Source: Chloroflexota bacterium
GTDB taxonomy: Bacteria; Chloroflexota; Ktedonobacteria; Ktedonobacterales; JADMIN01
Assembly: GCA_021323855.1 (NCBI GenBank)
Contig: JAJPKE010000001.1
Location: 8,662-72,661 of the forward strand
Direction of reading: 5' to 3'
Length of the DNA stretch: 64,000 nucleotides
Made by a program: the position numbers and the translations under genes. Shown piece after piece: positions 1 through 7,381 of the stretch (its first letter is position 1; every line of letters starts with the position of its first letter). The notes below the pieces were generated by a model, which saw nothing but the letters and a program-made list of their open reading frames with translations, had not been told where the DNA came from and ran no database searches.

Positions 1-318
1 AGAACCAGCGGAGCCGGTGCAAGGCTGGTGATGCGCCATGCGCGTTCTGCGTTTGCGCGGGAGATACCGCGATATCTGGGACAGGAGTGAGCCGCGCGCT
101 CAGCAGTTCCCAGGAGGCGTGTAGCGGTGGAGCTGGCTCAATCGCTTGGCCTGCCTCCGACACGCCAGCACCGAACGTTTGCCATGTCGCCAGTTCGCGT
201 GTACAGGCGTCGCATGAATGAAGATGCTGTTCGACTGCGGCGCGTTCGGTATCTGGGAGCGTGCCAGCGGCGTACCAGGGGAGCCATTCACGGTATTGTG
301 CGCACTCATCACTGCGTA

Positions 319-969
319 TCATTGGACTTCTTCCTCTACCACACCTTCTCTTGCGTTGAGTTGCTGTAGACACGCCGATAAGGCTTTGCGTGCATAGCTG
401 ATCCGGCTCTTCACCGTCCCCTCCGGAACCCCAAGAATGAGCGCGATTTCAGCGGACCCGAATCCCTGATAAAAGGCAAGATCAAGCACCTCACGATGTC
501 TGGGAGAAAGGTGATCGAGCGCCTGTTGTAGCATGAGGCGATCCAGTACCGCTTCTTCGTGCGAGTCGTAGGTAACTACTGGCTCCGCTGGCTCATCGCC
601 ATCGTCCGCTGTCTGGAATGGTTGCCCCAGGGGATGCCGCCTGCGCGTGCGCCGCGCATTTGCCGCCAGATTATGTGCAATGCGAAAGAGCCAGGTGCCG
701 ACCTGCGCCTCGCCCCGGTATGTGTCCGCCGAACGCCAGACAGCCAGGAAGACATCCTGCGTCACCTCTTCCGTCCAGCCAGCGTCACCAGCGAGTTGGT
801 GATAGAGATAGCTCCAGAGACGCTGGCGGTAGAGGGCATACAGGCATTTCATGGCGTGCTGGTCGCCGGTGGCAATCTGTGCCAACAGTGCGCGTTCATC
901 AGGCGGCATGGCAACTCGTCTGCATATGGTCCAGTCTTTCCCCATCACGCTTCTATAGTGTTTGGACAC
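319..969 (-). CDS. ECF-type RNA polymerase sigma-70 family factor
   Basis: 216-aa ORF. Sigma region 2 (DVFLAVWRSADTYRGEAQVGTWLFRIAHNLAANARR) and region 4 HTH (REVLDLAFYQGFGSAEIALILGVPEGTVKSRISYARKAL). True start may be the internal Met at 945 or 909. Confidence 0.9.
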   Translation of the reverse strand: MSKHYRSVMGKDWTICRRVAMPPDERALLAQIATGDQHAMKCLYALYRQRLWSYLYHQLAGDAGWTEEVTQDVFLAVWRSADTYRGEAQVGTWLFRIAHNLAANARRTRRRHPLGQPFQTADDGDEPAEPVVTYDSHEEAVLDRLMLQQALDHLSPRHREVLDLAFYQGFGSAEIALILGVPEGTVKSRISYARKALSACLQQLNAREGVVEEEVQ

Positions 970-993
970 CGCGCATCAGGGGATAGTTCAATT

Positions 994-1013
994 GGCTCAA
1001 CACGGCTCAACAC
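994..1013. repeat. Tandem 10-bp direct repeat GGCTCAACAC x2 just upstream of the ECF sigma gene
   Basis: Read directly: GGCTCAACAC at 994-1003 and 1004-1013, 25-45 nt upstream of the longest start (969). Possible promoter or operator element. Confidence 0.6.
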
Positions 1014-1116
1014 ATCTACTCGCATCCTTGAGCAGATACGCTGGTTGCGATCATTCCATTACTCAACATATTCATACGTGAGGATTGCGACTCAGAACTG
1101 CGGTACTTTTGCCATA

Positions 1117-1148
1117 GAAAAATGCCTCCCTCTCGCTAAGAGGGAGGC
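1117..1148 (-). terminator. Rho-independent terminator of the acyl-CoA ligase gene
   Basis: Perfect 10-bp stem GCCTCCCTCT/AGAGGGAGGC (1124-1133 / 1139-1148) with a 5-nt loop, followed on the minus strand by ATTTTTCT. About 35 nt downstream of the stop at 1183. Confidence 0.7.
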
Positions 1149-1182
1149 TGTTTCATTGACTGTGGGTGTTCAGTCGCTACTG

Positions 1183-2823
1183 TTAGCTGGCGGTCGCGGC
1201 GCTCTTCTGCGCGGCGTAGAGGTCGCGTAGCTCGCGTTTGCTGAACTTGCCGACGCTGGTTTTGGGCACTGCCTCAATGAACAGCACCTCATCCGGCAGC
1301 CACCACTTCGCCACCTGCGGGCGCAGATAGTCGAGAATCTCGTCGGGTGTAATCTGCCCCTCGAACTCCGGCTTGGCGACGACATAGGCGACCGGGCGCT
1401 CCTGCATGACGGGATGTGGCACGCCGATGACGGCAGCTTCCAGCACCTTCGGATACGCCATAATCATATTTTCCAGTTCGACGGAAGAAATCCATTCGCC
1501 ACCGGACTTCACCAGGTCTTTGGTGCGGTCCACGATCTGAAGATAGCCGTCGGCGTCTATCGTCGCCACGTCGCCGGTGCGCAGCCAGCCATCCATGAAC
1601 TTCTCGTTGTTGGCCTCGTCGTGATAATAGGCGCGGGCAATCCAGGGACCGCGCACCTGAATCTCACCGACGCTCTTGCCATCCCAGGGCACTTCCTGCC
1701 CCGTCGCAATATCTACCACGCGGCAATCCACCAGCGGCGTGACACGGCCCTGCTTATTGCGGATGGCGAACTGCTCGCTCTCCGAGAGCGTGAGGTGATG
1801 GCTGCTCAGCCGCGCCACCGAGGCCAGCGGCGAGGTTTCCGTCATGCCCCAGGCGTGCAGCATCGGCAGGCCGAAGCGGTCCATCGTCTTCATCAGCGCA
1901 GGCGGAATGGCTGAGCCGCCGCACGGCACTATGCGCACCGAGGAGAGGTCCGGCTGCGCTGTCTCTGGCTCCAGCGAAAGCCGTTCCAGGTGGCTCGCCA
2001 GGCCGATCCAGATGCTCGGCACGCCGGCCAGCAGCGTTACGCGCTCCTGCTCGATCATCTCCACCAGTGGCGCCGCGCCGAGGAAACGTCCCGGCAGCAC
2101 ATGCTTCGCGCCGACGAGTGTGGCAGCGTAGGGCGTGCCCCAGGCGTTCGCGTGGAACATCGGCACCACTGGCAGCACGACATCGCTCTCGGTGATGCCC
2201 AGCGAATCCGCGAGACACGCGCCCATCGTATGCAGGAAGGTGGAACGGTGGCTGTAGACGACGCCTTTGGGGTTGCCCGTCGTGCCGGAGGTGTAGCACA
2301 TTGCAGCGGCATCGTTCTCATCCAGCTCCGGCCAGTCGTAGTGCGGCGACGAGTACGAGAGCAGCGTCTCATAATCCAGCGTTGGCGAGAGGCGCGTCAC
2401 CTCGGTGGGCGTGCCCATGATGACGAAGTTCTTGACGGTGGGGATATGCCCGAACGCCTTCTCCAGCACCGGCACCAGATCGGCGTCTACGAAGATGATC
2501 TGGTCCTCCGCGTCGTTGATGATGTACTCCAACTGCTCGGTGAAGAGGCGCACATTGAGCGTGTGCAGCACGGCGCCCATGCAGGGGACCGCGAAGTACA
2601 GTTCGAGGTGACGGTAGGTATTCCAGCCGAACGTGCCGACCCGTTGCCCCGGCTGGATGCCCAGCCCTGTGAGCGCGCTGGCCAATCGCTGCACGCGCTC
2701 CCCAAAGTCGGCATAGGTGTAGCGGCGCATGCCAGTTTCGGTACGCGAGACAATTTCTTTGTGGGGGAAGAATCGCGTCGCCCGGTTGAAGATATGCTGG
2801 ACAGTCAGCGGATAGTCCATCAT
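1183..2823 (-). CDS. AMP-dependent acyl-CoA synthetase / fatty-acid--CoA ligase
   Basis: ORF 1183..2880 trimmed to the Met-Met at 2823/2820 where homology starts (MMDYPLTVQHIF). AMP-binding signature YTSGTTGNPKGVVYSHRS, GWLRTGDVATIDADGYLQIVDRTKDLVKSGGEWISS, C-terminal PKTSVGKFSKRELR. Confidence 0.9.
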   Translation of the reverse strand: MMDYPLTVQHIFNRATRFFPHKEIVSRTETGMRRYTYADFGERVQRLASALTGLGIQPGQRVGTFGWNTYRHLELYFAVPCMGAVLHTLNVRLFTEQLEYIINDAEDQIIFVDADLVPVLEKAFGHIPTVKNFVIMGTPTEVTRLSPTLDYETLLSYSSPHYDWPELDENDAAAMCYTSGTTGNPKGVVYSHRSTFLHTMGACLADSLGITESDVVLPVVPMFHANAWGTPYAATLVGAKHVLPGRFLGAAPLVEMIEQERVTLLAGVPSIWIGLASHLERLSLEPETAQPDLSSVRIVPCGGSAIPPALMKTMDRFGLPMLHAWGMTETSPLASVARLSSHHLTLSESEQFAIRNKQGRVTPLVDCRVVDIATGQEVPWDGKSVGEIQVRGPWIARAYYHDEANNEKFMDGWLRTGDVATIDADGYLQIVDRTKDLVKSGGEWISSVELENMIMAYPKVLEAAVIGVPHPVMQERPVAYVVAKPEFEGQITPDEILDYLRPQVAKWWLPDEVLFIEAVPKTSVGKFSKRELRDLYAAQKSAATAS

Positions 2824-2873
2824 CAGACCTTGCACTGGGTACCACCCTTCTGCGGAAAACGCTCCGCCACTCA

Positions 2874-2919
2874 ACGCCACATTGCACTGAATCGCTCTGA
2901 ATCACGCCACATTGCACTG
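2874..2919. promoter_or_regulatory. 16-bp direct repeat ACGCCACATTGCACTG x2 (30-bp period) in a divergent promoter region
   Basis: Exact copies at 2874-2889 and 2904-2919, each followed by an (A)ATC tail (TGAATC after copy 1, TGTGATG after copy 2). Lies 50-95 nt upstream of the ligase start (2823) and upstream of the + strand gene at 3089. Confidence 0.5.
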
Positions 2920-3088
2920 TGATGCCCGCATTGTACGCTGATGGCACTGCTATTTGCCATAAGGCGTAGAATGAGCGATGAAGGGCAAAGTGGCGCTGAG
3001 TACAACGGACGACCATCCCAGGCCGTAGATACCATTAAAGGTGGCTGAGATAACGATTCCGCAGTCGCCGGAGAGAAAGAACAGCACA

Positions 3089-3622
3089 ATGGACAAAGCG
3101 CACGATGTCATCTCGCAACGCGCCTGGACCGATGACGAGCTACGCGCGTCGGGGTTCGCTTATTATGAGCGCAAGAAACAGGTGGTGATGGCGCGTCCTG
3201 TGACTGCTGAGGAGTCGCCCTTGACGCTTGATCTGGGCAGCGAAATCGTTGTCGTTGACACGGACTATATGCTCTGCTATGCCCCTGGCGATGAGGTGAA
3301 GTCCAGCCCGGAGGAATATGGGCCGTGGGGCGTGCGCAAAGACATCTTCAATGAGACATATCGCCAGTGGGATGAACCGGACTGGCAGCCGACACCTGCC
3401 GAGCAGGACTTGCTGCATCATGGCTGCCAGCCTTACTATAAGGCTGCTGGCGCGTGGGCGAAACAGCTCGATACGGAAACGTATGTGCTGAGCATCGAAA
3501 GTAGCCAGCCGAACGTCGTCGCGCCAGGATACTGGCTGGCGATTGGCGCGCAGGGTGATCCCTGGCCCATAGACGACGAAGGTTTCAGGTTTCGCTATAT
3601 CATCCCCACCGAGGACGACTGA
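3089..3622 (+). CDS. Hypothetical protein (177 aa)
   Basis: ORF 3041..3622; ATG 3089 follows GGAGAG, and GTG 3041 is an alternative start. Reasonable coding composition. C-terminal VAPGYWLAIGAQGDPWPIDDEGFRFRY vaguely resembles PGDYG-type small domains, but I cannot assign a family. Confidence 0.55.
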   Translation: MDKAHDVISQRAWTDDELRASGFAYYERKKQVVMARPVTAEESPLTLDLGSEIVVVDTDYMLCYAPGDEVKSSPEEYGPWGVRKDIFNETYRQWDEPDWQPTPAEQDLLHHGCQPYYKAAGAWAKQLDTETYVLSIESSQPNVVAPGYWLAIGAQGDPWPIDDEGFRFRYIIPTEDD

Positions 3623-3670
3623 AGGGCTGAACAGGCTGGCAGCCAGTTCACCGCGCACTTCACAACCATG

Positions 3671-3952
3671 CTATTCATCTGCGCCCAGTCGCTCGCTAAC
3701 GAAGGCGACGACGTTGTTCACCGTATCGAAGTTCTCTGGCACGAGATCAGCCTCGGAGACCTGGACGCCATACGTCTCCTCGACGAACATCACCAGTTCG
3801 AGAATGCCAGTTTCGTCCACGATGCCACGCTCGAAAAGCGATTCGCCGTCATTGAGGATATCGCCCTCGCTGTAGAGGAAGTTCGTGCGAATGAAATCGC
3901 ACACCTGGTCATGGATGAGCTGGATATCCACGGTTTCGATCTGGTTACTCAT
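3671..3952 (-). CDS. Acyl/peptidyl carrier protein-like protein lacking the canonical Ser
   Basis: 93 aa. Helix-II pattern LFERGIVD-E-TGILELVMFVEETYGV matches carrier proteins (GxxDSxxxxELxxxxE), but the Ser position reads Glu (DET). Confidence 0.7.
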   Translation of the reverse strand: MSNQIETVDIQLIHDQVCDFIRTNFLYSEGDILNDGESLFERGIVDETGILELVMFVEETYGVQVSEADLVPENFDTVNNVVAFVSERLGADE

Positions 3953-4103
3953 GGCGGTTTGCTCCCCAGAGACGTGTTGGTCGCTTAGCTACACGAAACG
4001 CTACAGGGCTATCAAGAGAAGTTCATCGCTTGCGCTTTGCATCGTACCCCCAAACCAGACGAACCGAAAGCCCCTCATCCTCAAATAGCCAATGTTAGCC
4101 ACT

Positions 4104-4853
4104 TCAATTTGGATTCTCAAATATATCACGAGAGAACGCCTTTGCCGCTAATTGCGCGGCCAGCCAGGCGTTGACATCCGCCAGCATCGCTGAACTGAGG
4201 CGGTGGCCAGCGTCATATTCGCGGTAGGTCAGCGCCACACGCTGTTCTTCGAGCCTCGCCCGCGCGGCATGCGCGTTCGTGACGGGCAGCGTCGTATCGT
4301 CGCGTCCGTGCGCCAGCAGCACCGGCAAGCCCGCCGTCTCCTCCGGCGCAGCCAGCCAGGGCGTTATCTCCGCCGGGATGCGCCCCGCCAGCGCCACCAC
4401 CCCGGCCAGCAAACGCGGCGTAGTCAGCGCCAGTGTCAGCGCGAGGATCGCTCCCTGGCTGAAGCCCAGCAGATAGACACGCCCAGCGTCTGCCTGGTAT
4501 GCCTCGATAGCTTCGGCAATGAATGCGCGCATACGCTCCACGCTGGAGGCAAGCTGATCGGCTGCGATGCGATTGCCCGCCGGAGTGCGCTGGAAGGTGA
4601 ACCAGGCGCAGCGCTCTGACCCGAGTTCTAGCGGTCCGCGCGGGCAGACGATCTGAAAACGCGGCTCGAGGCGCGGCGCAAAGCGGAAAAGCGTCGTCTC
4701 GTTGCCCTCATAGCCATGCAGCAACACCAGCAACGGTGGACGCGGTGGACGTGGCGCATTTGTTGCAGGTGTCGTTTCACCCGTATCATCCACAACTTCC
4801 ACAAGCGGCGCGCGGGCCAGATGTGGAAGTATCAACTGCGGCGGAGACGACAT
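4104..4853 (-). CDS. Alpha/beta hydrolase, phospholipase/carboxylesterase family
   Basis: ORF 4104..5393 trimmed to Met 4853 (MSSPPQLILPH). Motifs LLVLLHGYEGNE, nucleophile elbow GFSQGA, LLAHGRDD, and the His in REYDAGHRL. Confidence 0.85.
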   Translation of the reverse strand: MSSPPQLILPHLARAPLVEVVDDTGETTPATNAPRPPRPPLLVLLHGYEGNETTLFRFAPRLEPRFQIVCPRGPLELGSERCAWFTFQRTPAGNRIAADQLASSVERMRAFIAEAIEAYQADAGRVYLLGFSQGAILALTLALTTPRLLAGVVALAGRIPAEITPWLAAPEETAGLPVLLAHGRDDTTLPVTNAHAARARLEEQRVALTYREYDAGHRLSSAMLADVNAWLAAQLAAKAFSRDIFENPN

Positions 4854-5006
4854 GCAAAAACCCCTCTGTTCCAACCTGATTGCTGTCTCTGCCGTAATTG
4901 TAGCGCAAAACATTGATGACCTCAGACAGCCGATACCAGCGTGTAAGAGTGATAATACAGCAGTGATAAGCAGTTCGCTCAGTGAGCATGGGGAGAAGAA
5001 AGCGAT

Positions 5007-5795
5007 ATGCGACGCTCCGGTGATACGGATGTGGTGGAAAATGAAGGACGTGAAGGAAGCAGTGGAAACGCCGGTGCCGCTGAGCGTCCGCTGGCGCAGG
5101 TGGAGCATCTGACGCGCATCATCGAAACCCGCGCGCAAAAGACCGTCATCCTCGATGATGTGACGTTCAGTGTTCCGGCGCATAGTCTCTTCGCCATCAA
5201 TGGACCCTCCGGCAGCGGCAAATCCACCATCTTGAATATGCTCACCGGGCTGGATCGCCCAACCAGCGGACGGGTGCTCTTCGCTGGCGAGGAACTGCGC
5301 GCAAGAAGCGAAAATGCGCTGGCGCAGGCAGGGCTGGATCCGTCTGTTTCGACGGCAGCGCAGCAGATTTCGCGCAACCAGAACCAGTTTCAAATATTGT
5401 ATATATTGCTCTACGCGGTTGCGGCGATTGTGGCGCTGGTGGGAATCCTGGGGCTATTCAACACGCTCACTACCTCAGTGTTGGAGCGGCGACGCGAGAT
5501 TGGCATTCTGCGTTCGATGGGCGCGACCGGCGCGCGAGTGGCAGGCGTCTTCTGGACGGAAGGTATGGCGCTGGCGGCGCTCTCCTGGGGAGTTGCGGTG
5601 CTACTGGGGATTCCGGCGGCCTATGGCTTCGTGACGCTCATCAGCAATGTCTTGTTGCCCATCCCGTTCGCCTTCAATCCGCTGGCGCTGCTGGTGATGC
5701 TGGTCTTCACCCTGGGAATCGCCACGCTCGCCAGCCTGATACCAGTGCTGAGCGCCGCGCGAGTGCGTATCGCCGTTACGTTGCGCTACGAGTAA
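5007..5795 (+). pseudogene. In-frame chimera of an ABC ATPase N-terminus and an FtsX permease C-terminus (deletion remnant)
   Basis: Residues ~30-95 are a MacB/LolD-type ATPase start with Walker A (INGPSGSGKSTILNMLTGLDRPTSGRVLF), but no signature or Walker B follows. From ~aa 125 it continues as the last FtsX module (LFNTLTTSVLERRREIGILRSMGA... ending RVRIAVTLRYE). Compare the intact pair at 52523..53257 and 49618..52368. Confidence 0.6.
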
Positions 5796-5852
5796 GTGCA
5801 AGTAAGTGTGAATGAGTACGAGTGAACATGCTATCGTTTTTGGGGGAATCCG

Positions 5853-6440
5853 GTGCGCGTTTATCTCATCCGTCATGCCGAGTGCGAAGACAATCTAATC
5901 GAGGCGGACCCGACACGGCGCATGACCAGGGCGGAGTTCAACAAGTTTGTCCTCAGTTCCCCGGATTCACCGCTCACCTATGCAGGCATCGAGCAGGCGC
6001 AACGGCTGGTGCAGCACTTCACCACGCGGCCCATCTCCCGGCTTTATAGCAGTCCTCTGCCGCGTGCGCTGGCCACTGCAGCGGCGCTGGCAGAGGCGTA
6101 CCATCTCGTGCCGCAGGTCATCGCGGACCTGCGCGAACTGCTGCCGCCGCCCTTCAATGAACATGGCGCGTCATTTACCGCCTCCGTGCGCTGGCTTTTT
6201 CTGCAGGGCTACCTGCGCATGGTGTTCTCCTCGGATTCGGAAGATCGTCTGAGTATCGCCCGCCATCGCGCGCGTGCCGTCTGGGAGCAGATGACGCGAG
6301 AGCCAGCAGAGGCTATCGCCGCCGTCTCGCATGGCTGGTTCATCATGCTCCTGCTCACCATCCTCAGCGGCGACCCCTCCTGGCAGGTCGTCAAGCGTGA
6401 CCTCAACAATGCTGGTGTGTCGCTGGTCGTCAGTCGCTAG
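5853..6440 (+). CDS. Histidine phosphatase (phosphoglycerate mutase) family protein
   Basis: GTG start after GGGGGAA. VYLIRHAE (RH catalytic motif) and the second His motif AVSHGWF. Confidence 0.85.
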   Translation: MRVYLIRHAECEDNLIEADPTRRMTRAEFNKFVLSSPDSPLTYAGIEQAQRLVQHFTTRPISRLYSSPLPRALATAAALAEAYHLVPQVIADLRELLPPPFNEHGASFTASVRWLFLQGYLRMVFSSDSEDRLSIARHRARAVWEQMTREPAEAIAAVSHGWFIMLLLTILSGDPSWQVVKRDLNNAGVSLVVSR

Positions 6441-6589
6441 TGAGAGATGTAAAAGCACTCCCCAATGCAGCGTCATCCATTTTGATTAGATGAGTTACTG
6501 CTTGACAGGCCGCGACTGGTTGCGATAGCCTGGGGTGCGGACGAGATGATGCGCGATGGCGAGCGGGATGGCAAGAGGGATGGCGAGCG

Positions 6590-7363
6590 ATGATTAGCCG
6601 GTATTTCATGCGGCGCGGGCTTGGCGCGGGGAAGGCGTTTCGCAACCGGGGAAATGAAGTTTCGCGCATGGAGGGATTCAGCGACACGGTTTTTGGCCTG
6701 GCGGTAACGCTCCTTATCATACAGCAAGGGCAGCAGAACTATTTCGCTGATCTGGTAAATGCCATCAAGGCACTGCCAGCCTTCTTTGTCTGCTTTGTCA
6801 GCCTGACCTCTCTCTGGTACTCGCATTATCGTTTCTGCCGCCGCTACGGGTTGGAAGACCACTGGACGATCTCGCTGAACCTGCTACTGCTCTTCGTTGT
6901 CCTCTTCTATGTCTATCCGCTCAAATATCTCTTCACGCTGGCGATGGACCAGGGCGCGCTACCTGCCAACTCGATTCAAAAGGGCCAGTTACCGATGCTT
7001 TTTGCGATCTATGGCATCGGGTTCGCCGCCGTATTTACCATCCTCACCATCTTCTATGCGCACGCCTATCGTATGCGCAAGGCGCTGGATTTGAATGAAT
7101 TGGAAACCTACGATACGGTGACGACGTTACTGGGCAATGTCGTGCTGGTGCTGACAGGACTGATCTCTATTTTCATCGCGCTGGTCCTCAAGCAGCCGAC
7201 GCTTTCCGGTCTCTGGTATCTTTCCATCCTCATCACGCGCACCGCTCTCGGCATAATTCGCGGGCGCGGACGGCAGGAACTGGCGGCGCGGCTGGAACAC
7301 GCGGCAGGTGTGGAAAAGAGCCACAATCCACACGAGGCGCAGAGCGCCCGGACACAGGCGTGA
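6590..7363 (+). CDS. TMEM175/DUF1211 family potassium channel-like membrane protein
   Basis: SRMEGFSDTVFGLAVTLLI carries the RxxxFSD signature of TM1 of TMEM175 channels, and about 6 hydrophobic helices follow. The start could be a later Met (6608). Confidence 0.75.
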   Translation: MISRYFMRRGLGAGKAFRNRGNEVSRMEGFSDTVFGLAVTLLIIQQGQQNYFADLVNAIKALPAFFVCFVSLTSLWYSHYRFCRRYGLEDHWTISLNLLLLFVVLFYVYPLKYLFTLAMDQGALPANSIQKGQLPMLFAIYGIGFAAVFTILTIFYAHAYRMRKALDLNELETYDTVTTLLGNVVLVLTGLISIFIALVLKQPTLSGLWYLSILITRTALGIIRGRGRQELAARLEHAAGVEKSHNPHEAQSARTQA

Positions 7364-7381
7364 ACCGTCACGCCTGTGTCC
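7350..7381. terminator. Perfect 14-bp palindrome spanning both convergent stop codons (bidirectional hairpin)
   Basis: GGACACAGGCGTGA (7350-7363), loop ACCG, TCACGCCTGTGTCC (7368-7381). No U-tract on either side, so a terminator function is assumed, not shown. Confidence 0.5.

Noticed and set aside
100-312. 70-aa minus-strand ORF starting 6 nt after the first ECF sigma gene; possible anti-sigma factor.
   Set aside because: The position and a fairly high GC3 are suggestive. But there is no zf-HC2 or TM feature, the composition is unusual, and the window edge prevents seeing the context. Not enough support to call it.
1990-2922. Long antisense or alternative-frame ORFs throughout the window (for example 1990..2922, 15743..16543, 21086..21940, 31167..32009, 43292..44041, 50974..51897, 35686..36402).
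   Set aside because: They lie opposite or out of frame to genes with clear family motifs. They are Arg/Ala/Pro/Gly-rich, as expected for stop-poor shadow frames in high-GC DNA.
4854-5393. 180-aa N-terminal extension of the esterase ORF.
   Set aside because: Homology and a plausible start begin at Met 4853. The extension is antisense to the ABC remnant and has no recognisable features.
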